Assembly (NCBI GenBank): GCA_964019425.1
Contig: OZ025785.1
Location: 558,001 to 622,000, forward strand
DNA length: 64,000 bases
DNA from: Flectonema sp. DT1601
Taxonomy: Eukaryota
Direction: 5' to 3'
Position numbers and translations under genes: made by a program
Notes under the pieces: model-generated
Database searches by the model: none
Told to the model about the DNA's origin: nothing
What the model saw: only the letters and a program-made list of their open reading frames with translations
Shown: in pieces, positions 44,862 to 55,400 of the stretch
Numbering within the stretch: position 1 is the first letter of the stretch
Layout: each line of letters begins with the position of its first letter

Positions 44862-45008
44862 ACGTCGTCAATTCAGTCGCAGCCTCAGCATCCGTCATTC
44901 CAACCATGATCTCCTTCGACGATCTGAGAACTTCTGAAAAGCTGTCCATCAGCGCCCCCGACTCCTCCTTCCGACTCACCACTTCCACGAGCAGCTTCGC
45001 CATGAACC
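44862..45008 (-). pseudogene. Inverted fragment of LRR-gene N-terminal CDS (codons ~16-64); shorter copies at 42737-42831 and 43685-43779
   Basis: Reverse complement of 45665-45811 (7 mismatches in 147 nt by manual count) and of the equivalent part of the 52434 gene (4 mismatches). Confidence 0.95.
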
Positions 45009-45046
45009 ACCAGGATAAGGGGTTGACTTAGGTCTGCCGAAACGGT

Positions 45047-45618
45047 GCCTCGTCATCTCACGGTTCTAGCAAGCCTGAATGACAGCACTCAAGATGATAC
45101 ATATAAGATACATATCACTCGTATTCGTTGAACTTTTGGGTCTCAGCAATGTTGTTTTGTTGGTAATTAATTTCTAATTTCTTGTCTCCCTTACAACTCT
45201 GCGTTCCTCTAGTTGGAGTCGTTGTTTTCGCAGCAACCCTTTTCCTCTTCTCTCTGTGCGATCCCCTTGTGTTGGATTAATGAGGAACGAACTGGCCTCC
45301 TTGCTTCCTGCAATACTTCTCTAGAAGTAGAGTTACTTCATGTGGAACTCAGAGTCCCTCATTAGTGGTATCCCGCGTTCATTTAAATAGAATGCCTTTA
45401 TTAAATGATAGAAAAGTAAACCATGTTGAGGTGATCCCTTGCGTAAAGAATTATGGTATCTCTCTTTTCTTTCTTCGCTCATCACACGCTGATATTCTTC
45501 AGGTGGTTTCCAGACAAGTGGGAAGTTGACTCACAGCAGTTTCCTTCATTCTTGAATTGAAGTTACGTATCCTTTGAATTAATTCTTCATCACCAGAAAC
45601 TCATCCAGTTTAAAAATA
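45047..45618 (+). repeat. ~570-bp upstream leader shared by both LRR genes (second copy 51866-52433)
   Basis: Both copies start GCCTCGTCWTCTCACGGTTCTAGCAAG and run near-identically to the ATG. Confidence 0.9.
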
Positions 45619-48600
45619 ATGGCAACTGTCGATTCCCTGTCCTCTGTTTTGAGGAGCCATCAGAGGTTCATGGCGAAGCTGCTGGTGGAAGTGGTGAGTC
45701 GGAAGGAGGAGTCGGGGGCGCTGATGGACAGCTTTTCCGAAGTTCTCAGATCGTCGGAGAAGATCATGAATGGAATGACAGATGCTGAGGCTGCGACTGA
45801 ATTGACGACGTACAAGGAAGTACACCGGGTGGCGAGGGAGAAGGAGTCGGCGAAGTTGGTGGAAGGAAGCTCGCGATTACTGGGAACCCTTTCCTTGCAT
45901 CCTGACATGAAGTGTGCCGATATCGGGTTCGTTAAAGCTGATCTCAAGGGGGACGGGAAGTTGGAGTTGGTCGAAGATGACCTGAGGAATGTATTCTCGT
46001 CCACCTGCTTCCCTCGGATGCTGAACGAGGATGAGTATTTCAACACACTTCAAATTGGTTACTTGGGCATGGGTGAAACAGAAGAGGGTGTCCCAGCCCA
46101 ACTCAGGAAGGAACTCTTCCTGCTGCTGGACTGGCCGAGACTCTCCCACTCGTCGAAGGAAGAAGTCAAATCCCAATTTGACAACACCTCATGGGGTGCT
46201 GAGATCCTCCGTGAGCTGGAAGATTCGAACAACTGGGGTACTGTGAAAAGAACATACAAATGGTCTGAACGTGTTGTGACTGCGGAGGAGTTGAGAACTT
46301 CACATCTTCGTACTGGAATTGACATTTTGTTCGCACAAAATCCCGACATGTTGTGTGTCTTCGATGCCTCAGAATATATCGACGATGAAGGCACCCTTTC
46401 TAGTGATTGTGTTAAGATGCTTCCGTCTTTCATCCGTCGGTTGTCATTCACCAACTGCAGCCGTTGCACTGAATTTGAAAAGCAGTTCCTGTCAGACAGT
46501 TGTGACTCGCTGACGTCAATCGATTTCACATCTTTTCACAACGTGACGGCCATCCCCAACAAGTTCTTGAGCAACTTGAAGTCTCTGACTCACGTGGATT
46601 TATCATCCTTTAGTGAAGTTACTAACATTGGCAATTACTTTATTAGCGACTGTGAATCCCTCACCTCCATCGATGTTTCTAGTTTGAAGAAATTGACTGC
46701 AATAGGAGATGGATTCTTAGATTATTCAAAATCCCTGACTAGCGTGGATTTGTCTTCCTTTGGTGAAGTTACGAGTATTGGCAATTACTTTATTAAAAAC
46801 TGTGATTCCCTCACCTCCATCGATGTTTCTAGTTTGAAGAAACTGACTGCAATAGGAGATGGATTCTTAGATTATTCAAAATCCCTGACTAGCGTGGATT
46901 TGTCTTCCTTTGGTGAAGTTACGAGTATTGGCAATTACTTTATTAGTAACTGTGAGTCCCTCACCTCCATCGATGTTTCTAGTTTGAAGAAACTGACTGC
47001 AATAGGAGATGGATTCTTATGTAATTCAAAGTCCCTGACTAGCGTGGACTTGTCTTCCTTTGGTAAAGTTACGAGTATTGGCGATTACTTTATTAGTTAC
47101 TGTGATTCCCTCACCTCCATCGATGTTTACGGTTTGACCAAGCTGACTACAATAGGAAGTAGATTCTTATATAAATCAAGGTCCCTGACTAGTGTGGACT
47201 TGTGTTCCATGATTGAAGTTACAAGCATTGGCAGTGACTTTATTAGTAACTGTGAGTTCCTCACCTCCATCGATGTTCCCGGTTTGAAAAAGCTGGCAGA
47301 AATGAGAGCTAGTAACTTATCCTATGAAATTTTGTTCACAGAAAGTCCCGACATGTTGTGTGTCTTAGATGCCTCAGAATATATCGACGATGAAGGCACC
47401 CTTTCTAGTGATTGTGTTGAGATGCTTCCGTCTTGCATCCGTCGGTTGTCATTCACCAACTGCAGCCGTTGCACTGAATTTGAAAAGCAGTTCCTGTCAG
47501 ACAGTTGTGACTCGCTGACGTCAATCGATTTCACTTCTTTTCACAACGTGACGGCCATCCCCAACAAGTTCTTGAACAACTTGAAGTCTCTGACTCACGT
47601 GGATTTATCTTCCTTTAGTGAAGTTACTAACATTGGCAATAACTTCATTTATGGCTGCAGATCCCTCACCTCCATCGATGTTTCTAGTTTGAAGAAATTG
47701 ACTGCAATAGGAGATGGATTCTTAGGTAAGTCAAAGTCCCTGACTAGCGTGGATTTGTCTTCCTTTGGTGAAGTTACGAGTATTGGCAATTACTTTATTT
47801 TTATCTGTGAGTCCCTCACCTCTATCGATGTTTCTAGTTTGAAGAAATTGACTGCAATAGGAGATGGATTCTTAGGTAATTCAAAGTCCCTGACTAGCGT
47901 GGATTTGTCTTCCTTTGGTGAAGTTACGAGTATTGGCAATTACTTTATTTTTATCTGTGAGTCCCTCACCTCTATCGATGTTTCTGGTTTGAAGAAACTG
48001 ACTGCAATAGGAGATGGATTCTTAGTTTATTCAAAATCCCTGACTAGCGTGGATTTGTCATCCTTTGGTGAAGTTACTAACATTGGCAATAACTTCATTT
48101 ATGGCTGCAGATCCCTCACCTCCATCGATGTTTCTAGTTTGAAGAAATTGACTGCAATAGGAGATGGATTCTTAGGTGATTCAATATCTCTGACTAGCGT
48201 GGACTTGTCATCCTTGAGTGAAGTAACGAGTATTGACGATCACTTTATTAGTGACTGTGAGTCCCTCACCTCCATCGATGTTTCCGGTTTAAAGAAGCTG
48301 ACTAAAATAGGAAATGGATTCTTGAATTATTCAAAGTCTCTGACTAGCGTGGATTTGTCTTCCTTTGGTGAAGTTACGAGTGTTGGCAATGGCTTTATTG
48401 GTAACTGTGAATCCCTCACCTCTATCGATGTTTACGGTTTGACCAAGCTGACTACAATAGGAAGTAGATTCTTATATAAATCAAGGTCCCTGACTAGTGT
48501 GGACTTGTGTTCCATGATTGAAGTTACAAGCATTGGCAGTGACTTTATTAGTAACTGTGAGTTCCTCACCTCCATCGATGTTCCCGGTTTGAAAAAGCTG

Positions 48601-49578
48601 GCAGAAATGAGAGCTAGTAACTTATCCTATGAAATTTTGTTCACAGAAAGTCCCGACATGTTGTGTGTCTTAGATGCCTCAGAATATATCGACGATGAAG
48701 GCACCCTTTCTAGTGATTGTGTTGAGATGCTTCCGTCTTGCATCCGTCGGTTGTCATTCACCAACTGCAGCCGTTGCACTGCTTTTGAGCAAGAGTTCCT
48801 GTCAGACAGTTGTGACTCGCTGACGTCAATCGATTTCACTTCTTTTCACAACGTGACGGCCATCCCCAACAAGTTCTTGAACAGCTTGAAGTCTCTGACT
48901 CACGTGGATTTATCTCCCTTTAGTGAAGTTACGAGTATTGGCGATTCCTTTATTAGAAACAGTGAGTCCCTCACCTCTATCGATGTTTCCGGTTTGAGGA
49001 AACTGACTGTAATAGGAAATGGATTCTTAGGTAATTCAAAGTCCCTGACTAGCGTGGATTTGTCATCCTTTAGTAAAGTTAAGAGCATTGGTGGTGGCTT
49101 TATTGGAAACTGTGAGTCCCTCACCTTCATTGATGTTTCCGGTTTGAAGAAGCTGACTAAAATGGGAAATGGATTCTTGCAGAAGTCTAAGTCCCTGACT
49201 ACCGTGGACTTGTCATCCTTTAGTGAAGTTACGAGTATTGGCGATTCCTTTATTAGAGACTGTGATTCCCTCACCTCCATCGATGTTTCCGGTTTGAAGA
49301 AACTGACTAAAATAGGAAATGGATTCTTGCAGAAGTCAAAGTCCCTGACTAGCGTGGATTTGTCATCCTTTAGTAAAGTTACGAGCGTTGGTGGTGGCTT
49401 TATTGGTAACTGTGAGTCCCTCACCTCTATTGATGTTTCCGGTTTGAAGAAGGTGACTTATTCTAGAATAGGAGGATATTTCTTAGTGAATGCGAGTCTG
49501 ATAAAGAAAGACATCAGGGGATTAGAGGAGTGTAGTTTTGGGGTTAGAAAGAGAATTCACAAATTGAAGAATTTCTGA
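45619..49578 (+). CDS. BspA-like leucine-rich-repeat protein 1 (1319 aa): conserved N-domain plus three capped LRR solenoids
   Basis: Alternating 25-aa repeats CxSLTSIDVSxLKKLTxIGxxFL / SKSLTSVDLSSFxEVTxIGxxFI; the module LFxxxPDMLCVxDASEYIDDEGTLSSDC occurs three times; no signal peptide or TM seen. Confidence 0.9.
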   Translation: MATVDSLSSVLRSHQRFMAKLLVEVVSRKEESGALMDSFSEVLRSSEKIMNGMTDAEAATELTTYKEVHRVAREKESAKLVEGSSRLLGTLSLHPDMKCADIGFVKADLKGDGKLELVEDDLRNVFSSTCFPRMLNEDEYFNTLQIGYLGMGETEEGVPAQLRKELFLLLDWPRLSHSSKEEVKSQFDNTSWGAEILRELEDSNNWGTVKRTYKWSERVVTAEELRTSHLRTGIDILFAQNPDMLCVFDASEYIDDEGTLSSDCVKMLPSFIRRLSFTNCSRCTEFEKQFLSDSCDSLTSIDFTSFHNVTAIPNKFLSNLKSLTHVDLSSFSEVTNIGNYFISDCESLTSIDVSSLKKLTAIGDGFLDYSKSLTSVDLSSFGEVTSIGNYFIKNCDSLTSIDVSSLKKLTAIGDGFLDYSKSLTSVDLSSFGEVTSIGNYFISNCESLTSIDVSSLKKLTAIGDGFLCNSKSLTSVDLSSFGKVTSIGDYFISYCDSLTSIDVYGLTKLTTIGSRFLYKSRSLTSVDLCSMIEVTSIGSDFISNCEFLTSIDVPGLKKLAEMRASNLSYEILFTESPDMLCVLDASEYIDDEGTLSSDCVEMLPSCIRRLSFTNCSRCTEFEKQFLSDSCDSLTSIDFTSFHNVTAIPNKFLNNLKSLTHVDLSSFSEVTNIGNNFIYGCRSLTSIDVSSLKKLTAIGDGFLGKSKSLTSVDLSSFGEVTSIGNYFIFICESLTSIDVSSLKKLTAIGDGFLGNSKSLTSVDLSSFGEVTSIGNYFIFICESLTSIDVSGLKKLTAIGDGFLVYSKSLTSVDLSSFGEVTNIGNNFIYGCRSLTSIDVSSLKKLTAIGDGFLGDSISLTSVDLSSLSEVTSIDDHFISDCESLTSIDVSGLKKLTKIGNGFLNYSKSLTSVDLSSFGEVTSVGNGFIGNCESLTSIDVYGLTKLTTIGSRFLYKSRSLTSVDLCSMIEVTSIGSDFISNCEFLTSIDVPGLKKLAEMRASNLSYEILFTESPDMLCVLDASEYIDDEGTLSSDCVEMLPSCIRRLSFTNCSRCTAFEQEFLSDSCDSLTSIDFTSFHNVTAIPNKFLNSLKSLTHVDLSPFSEVTSIGDSFIRNSESLTSIDVSGLRKLTVIGNGFLGNSKSLTSVDLSSFSKVKSIGGGFIGNCESLTFIDVSGLKKLTKMGNGFLQKSKSLTTVDLSSFSEVTSIGDSFIRDCDSLTSIDVSGLKKLTKIGNGFLQKSKSLTSVDLSSFSKVTSVGGGFIGNCESLTSIDVSGLKKVTYSRIGGYFLVNASLIKKDIRGLEECSFGVRKRIHKLKNF

Positions 49579-49665
49579 TATATGAGATGACCACCTTCAG
49601 CCGTTGGTAAGTAATTAGTTCCCGTCACTGTACTCACTTGGGAAAGTAATTACTGTACTAATAAG

Positions 49666-49844
49666 AAATTCTCCCTTCGTCTTCCTCTTTTGTTCCTCAA
49701 CAAAGAGCTTCATTGCCCTGCCTGCACTGTTGATCTCTTCTTATGGTCCGTGTTGAAGTATGTAATCGCCTTTGACACATTGGTGGCAGAGTTCACCATC
49801 TCACCAATGTTAAGCAACTCTTCCCTTGACCACTTCTCATAGCA
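49666..49844 (-). mobile_element. Possible relic of a pogo/Tc1-mariner-type transposase N-terminal HTH
   Basis: Minus strand YEKWSREELLNIGEMVNSATNVSKAITYFNTDHKKRSTV, then (frameshift) RAMKLFVEEQKRK, resembles the YxxYxxExRxxIGxYA..A..F..STV pattern; no DDE domain or TIR seen. Confidence 0.35.
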
Positions 49845-51415
49845 GGGAGAAGTTTGTTGCTCTTTTATAATTACAGCATTCGAATTGTAAACACCGTGTT
49901 AGGAACTCCTTCAGATGCATTGATGACTTCCTTTACTGGACTGCTACCGTTCTACTCTCAGAGATCTTCTTCGGATGATTTCTGAGAGGCTCACATTTCT
50001 ACGAGGAGCTCCTGACTGCGCACCAGAGCATTCAGATCGCGTCCTTTTTGCTCGGGAATTACTGAACAAGATCAAAGGCTGAATTATATTTTTGCATCCA
50101 CACCTTTGTATGGAAGGAAATATAATTGACCCGAAAGATCAACTCCGTTGTCTGTTTTTCTCCGTGTTATTCTGTAGTTGTGTCGCTGAAACTAAACCAA
50201 CCAACTTCTTACTTTTAGGTTACATTGGTCTCAGCGACTGCGAAAAAGTAACAACGTTTTGTGTTTGTTCGTAAAGAGTTTTCTGATTTCTGACTAACAG
50301 CGCCAAGCTTTATACAAGTGATTATTTAACTCTTATTATACCTCACCCCTCAGGAATTACTGAATAAGATCAAAGGCTCAGTTCTATTTTTTATGTAATT
50401 GATCTATGATTCATCTTCTAGTGAGTTGTGTAATTGTTTATTTACTTCAACAGCCAAGGACAGTACATAAAGGATAAGGATCCCTTCTCAGGGTCTCACG
50501 AATTGAAATTTCTGTAACGAGCCGTTATGAAGATGAACAAAGCTCCTCATGATAAACTTCAAGACTCGCAATACAGCCGTATCGATGGGGCAAGGTTTAA
50601 TAGACAGGTTCGATTATTCTCTTTTTATTATTATAAAAAAAAACATGAACAAATAAAATAAAGAAAACCAACAGAAGAGAATATATATTACTCTAACACT
50701 GTCTGCTCGCGTGGACGGTGGGTTTAGGTAGTCATTTGTTCCAGGTTATTCTACGTCTCTTATCGTCTGTGAGAGTCTCACAGTTGCTGGTAGCGATATA
50801 ACTGTTGAGCTTTTCCTGGCTTTTGGCTTCCTAGGCTTCGTAAATATATAAATAAATACTCGTATCTATTTCTGTATCAAATCACTTTGTTTCCGGTAAT
50901 TTCATTTTTCGCTATTCAGTAAAATAATTTTCTTTTAGCTGATGACTCACAAAGCCTGAAAACAAAAAACAAAAAAACAAAGAAAAGGTGAAAGAACCAA
51001 GTAGTAAAGAGAGGTAAGCTTGACAAATTATTGTCAATGAAATGAGACGTATTTCAATAATAATAGAGAAACATTGAAAAAGAAAAAAAGAAAAAACAAC
51101 GTCGAAAATAAGCAACATTCGTGTTTGCGAAAATAGAAAATAATGTTGCAAAAAACGCTTCATGGAAATTGAAAGAAAACTAGAAGTATGAATACTGGAT
51201 TACGGTAGACAGTAATCAATAGATCAGATGTTAGACATGTCAAACAAGTGAATATGATTGGCAGACTGACTATATTCATACATAACTATCACACATCACT
51301 TCTAAAATATACCGACGTTGGGAAATTCATAAATTTGATTAATGACAACTTGTTGATTCAATGTAGTGATGTCCATCCCAATTCAGGACTAAATAATTAA
51401 AGAAATTATACCGAC

Positions 51416-51645
51416 TTTAAAATAATATCAGTAAACACGATGTGAATGAATACGACAACTGAACTTCTACGTCTACTTGTTATTAATTATGAACTTGATG
51501 TGGTACTAATACAAAAGTCGTTTTTAACGAAAAATAAGAAAACATCCGGAAATTGAATATTATTATAATTCATAATAGGAAACACTTCCAACACAAATTG
51601 GTAAACCTATAAGAAGAGGAGGTCTACTATCTTATGTTCATGACA
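51416..51645 (+). mobile_element. Decayed APE-type endonuclease start of a non-LTR retrotransposon ORF (possible 5'UTR/ORF1 remnant upstream to ~50700)
   Basis: FKIISVN..LLRLLVINYELDVVLIQKSFL matches (L)KIxSWNxxG..DVxxIQET; RRGGLLSYVHD matches GGVxxLV; interrupted by stops and frameshifts. Confidence 0.65.
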
Positions 51646-51649
51646 AATT

Positions 51650-51862
51650 TGTTTTCAAATAGGTATTCAACTTCTTCCTTCGACGAGAAGGAGAGTCTCG
51701 GCCAGTCCAGCAGGAAGAGTTCCTTCTTGAGTTGGGCTGGGACACCATCCTCTGAAGTAGTCAGGCACAAGTAACCAATTCGAAGTGTGTCGAAATACTC
51801 ATCCTCGTTCAGCAACCGAGGGAAGCAGGTGGACGAGAATACACTCCTCAGGTCATCTTCGA
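51650..51862 (-). pseudogene. Inverted fragment of a diverged LRR-family N-terminal CDS (codons ~119-189)
   Basis: Minus strand EDDLRSVFSSTCFPRLLNEDEYFDTLRIGYLCLTTSEDGVPAQLKKELFLLDWPRLSFSSKEEVEYLFEN; complementary to 52786-~53000. Confidence 0.95.
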
Positions 51863-52433
51863 TCTGCCTCGTCTTCTCACGGTTCTAGCAAGCCTGAATG
51901 ACAGCACTCAAAATGATACATATAAGATACACATCACTCGTATCGGTTGAACTTTTGGGTCTCAGCAATGTTTTGTTGGTAATTAATTTCTAATTTCTTG
52001 TCTCCCTTACAACTCTGCGTTCCTCTAGTTGGAGTCGTTGTTTTCGCAGCGACCCTTTTCCTCTTCTCTCTGTGCGATCCCCTTGTGTTGGATTAATGAG
52101 GAACGAACTGGCGTCCTTGCTTCCTGCAATACTTCTCTGGAAGTAGAGTTACTTCATGTGGAACTCAGAGTCCCTCATTGGTGGTATCCCGCGTTCATTT
52201 AAATGGAATGCCTTTATTAAATGATAGAAAAGTAAACCATGTTGAGGTGATCCCTTGCGTAAAGAATTATAGTATCTCTCTTTCTTTCTTCGCTCATCAC
52301 GCGCTTACATATTCTTCAGGTGGTTTCCAGACAAGTGGGAAGTTGACTCACAGCAGTTTCCTTCATTCTTGAATTGAAGTTACGTATCCTTTGAATTAAT
52401 TCTTCATCACCAGAAACTCATCCAGTTTAAAAA

Positions 52434-55400
52434 ATGGCAACTATCGATTCCCTGTCCTCTGTTTTGAGGAGCCATCAGAGGTTCATGGCGAAGCTGCTAG
52501 TGGAAGTGGTGCGTCGGAAGGAGGAGTCGGGGGCGCTGATGGACAGCTTTTCCGAAGTTCTCAGATCGTCGGAGGAGATCATGGTTGGAATGACGGATGC
52601 TGAGGCTGCGACTGAATTGACGACGTACAAGGAAGTACACCGGGTGGCGAGGGAGAAGGAGTCGGCGAAGTTGGTGGAAGGAAGCTCGCGATTACTGGGA
52701 ACCCTTTCCTTGCATCCTGACATGAAGTGTGCCGATATCGGGTTCGTTAAAGCTGATCTCAAGGGGGACGGGAAGTTGGAGTTGGTCGAAGATGACCTGA
52801 GGAATGTATTCTCGTCCACCTGCTTCCCTCGGCTGCTGAACGAGGATGAGTATTTCAACACACTTCAAATTGGTTACTTGGGCATGGGTGAAACAGAAGA
52901 GGGTGTCCCAGCCCAACTCAGGAAGGAACTCTTCCTGCTGCTGGACTGGCCGAGACTCTCCCACTCGTCGAAGGAAGAAGTCAAATCCCAATTTGACAAC
53001 ACCTCATGGGGTGCTGAGATTCTCCGTGAGCTGGAAGATTCGAACAACTGGGGTACTGTGAAAAGAACATACAAATGGCCTGAACGTGTTGTGACTGCAG
53101 ATGAGTTGAGAACTTCACATAGTCGTACTGGAATTGACATTTTGTTCGCACAAAATCCTGACATGTTGTGTGTCTTCGATGCCTCAGAATATATCGACGA
53201 TGAAGGCACCCTTTCTAGTGATTGTGTTAAGATGCTTCCGTCTTGCATCCGTCGGTTGTCATTCACCAACTGCAGCCGTTGCATCGCATTTGAAAAGCAG
53301 TTCCTGTCTGGCAGTTGTGACTCGCTGACGTCAATCGATTTCACATCTTTTCACAACGTGACGGCCATCCCCAACAAGTTCTTGAATAACATGAAGTCTC
53401 TGACTCACGTGGATTTATCATCCTTGAGTGAAGTTACGATCATTGGCTATGACTTTATTAATGACTGCAGGTCTCTCACCTCCATCGATGTTTCTGGTTT
53501 GAAGAAACTGACTGTGATAGGAGATGGATTTTTATGTTATTTAGAGTCCCTGACTAGCGTGGACCTGTCTTCCTTGAATGAAGTTACGAGAATTTGCGAT
53601 GACTTTATTAAAAACTGTGAATCCCTCACCTCCATCGATGTTTCCGGTTTGAAGAAACTGACTAAAATAGGAATTGGATTCTTGCAGAAGTCAAAGTCCC
53701 TGACTAGCGTGGACTTGTTATCCTTTAGTAAAGTTACGAGCGTTGGAGGTGGCTTTATTAGTTACTGTGAGTCCCTCACCTCCATCGATGTTTCCGGTTT
53801 GAAGAAACTAACTACAATAGGAAATGGATTTTTATGTAATTCAGGGTCCCTGACTAGCGTAGAATTTTGTTCCTCTGGTGAAGTAACGATCGTTGGCGAT
53901 GACTTTATTGGTAACTGTGAATCCCTCACCTCCATCGATGTATCTGGTTTGACAAAGCTGACAACAATAGGAAGTAGATTCTTATATAAATCAAGGTCCC
54001 TGACAAGTGTGGACTTGAGTTCCATGATTGAAGTTAGAAGCATTGGCAGTGGCTTTGTTAGTAACTGTGAGTTCCTCACCTCCATCGATGTTTCCGGTTT
54101 GAAAAAACTGGCAGAAATGAGAGCTAGTAGCTTATCCTATAAAATTTTGTTCACAGAAAGTCCCGACATGTTGTGTGTCTTCGATGCCTCAGAATATATC
54201 GACGATGAAGGCACCCTTTCTAGTGATTGTGTTGAGATGCTTCCGTCTTTCATCCGTCGGTTGTCATTCACCAACTGCAGCCGTTGCACTGAATTTGAAA
54301 AGCAGTTCCTGTCAGACAGTTGTGACTCGCTGACGTCAATCGATTTCACTTCTTTTCACAACGTGACGGCCATCCCCAACAAGTTCTTGAATAACTTGAA
54401 GTCTCTGACTCACGTGGATTTATCTTCCTTTAGTGAAGTTACGAGTATTGGCGATTCCTTTATTAGAAACTGTAAGTCCCTCGCCTCCATCGATGTTTCC
54501 GGTTTGAAGAAACTGACTGTGATAGGAGATGGATTCTTGAATTATTCAAAGTCTCTGACTAGCATGGATTTATCTTCCTTGAGTGAAGTAACGATCGTTG
54601 GCGATGACTTTATTGGCGGCTGTGAATCCCTCACCTCCATCGATGTTTCTGGTTTGAAGAAACTGACTACAATAGGAGATAGATTCTTGTATAATTCAAA
54701 GTCCCTGACTCACGTTGATTTATCTTCGTTGAGTGAAGTAACGAGCATTGACGATTACTTTATTAGTAACTGTGAGTCCCTCACCTCCATCGATGTTTCC
54801 GGTTTGAAGAAACTGACTGTGATAGGAGATGGATTCTTGAATTATTCAAAGTCTCTGACTAGCATGGATTTATCTTCCTTGAGTGAAGTAACGAGCATTG
54901 ACGATTACTTTATTAGTTACTGTGAGTCCCTCACCTCCATCGATGTTTCTGGTTTGAAGAAACTGACTACAATAGGAGATGGATTCTTGCATAATTTAAA
55001 GTCCCTGACTAGTGTGGACTTGCGTTCCTTTAGTGAGGTAACGATCGTTGGCGATGACTTTTTGTGCGGCTGTGAATCTCTCACCTCCATCGATGTTTCT
55101 GGTTTGAAGAAACTGACTACAATAGGACTTAGATTCTTATATATTTCAAAGTCCCTGACTAGTGTGGACTTGCGTTCCTTTAGTGAAGTTACGATCGTTG
55201 GCGATTACTTTTTTTGCGGCTGTGAATCCCTCACCTCCATCGATGTTTCTGGTTTGAAGAAACTGACTACAATAGGAGATGGATTCTTGCATAATTTAAA
55301 GTCCCTGACTAGTGTGGACTTGCGTTCCTTTAGTGAGGTAACGATCGTTGGCGATGACTTTTTGTGCGGCTGTGAATCTCTCACCTCCATCGATGTTTCT

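Larger units (their letters stand above)
42104..45110. repeat. Composite tandem triplication (~0.8-1.2 kb units): SAM-gene 3' end/UTR + RT relic + inverted LRR fragment + start of LRR leader
   Basis: GTGGATCCCATACAC at 42565, 43513 and 44690; CTCTGAGCACTCAAAA-like at 42106, 42898 and 43846. Confidence 0.9.

Noticed and set aside
42565..45031. Track ORFs MDPIHIWV.. and MCMGSTLS.. as genes
   Set aside because: They are off-frame or antisense readings across the RT relic and inverted LRR fragment junctions.
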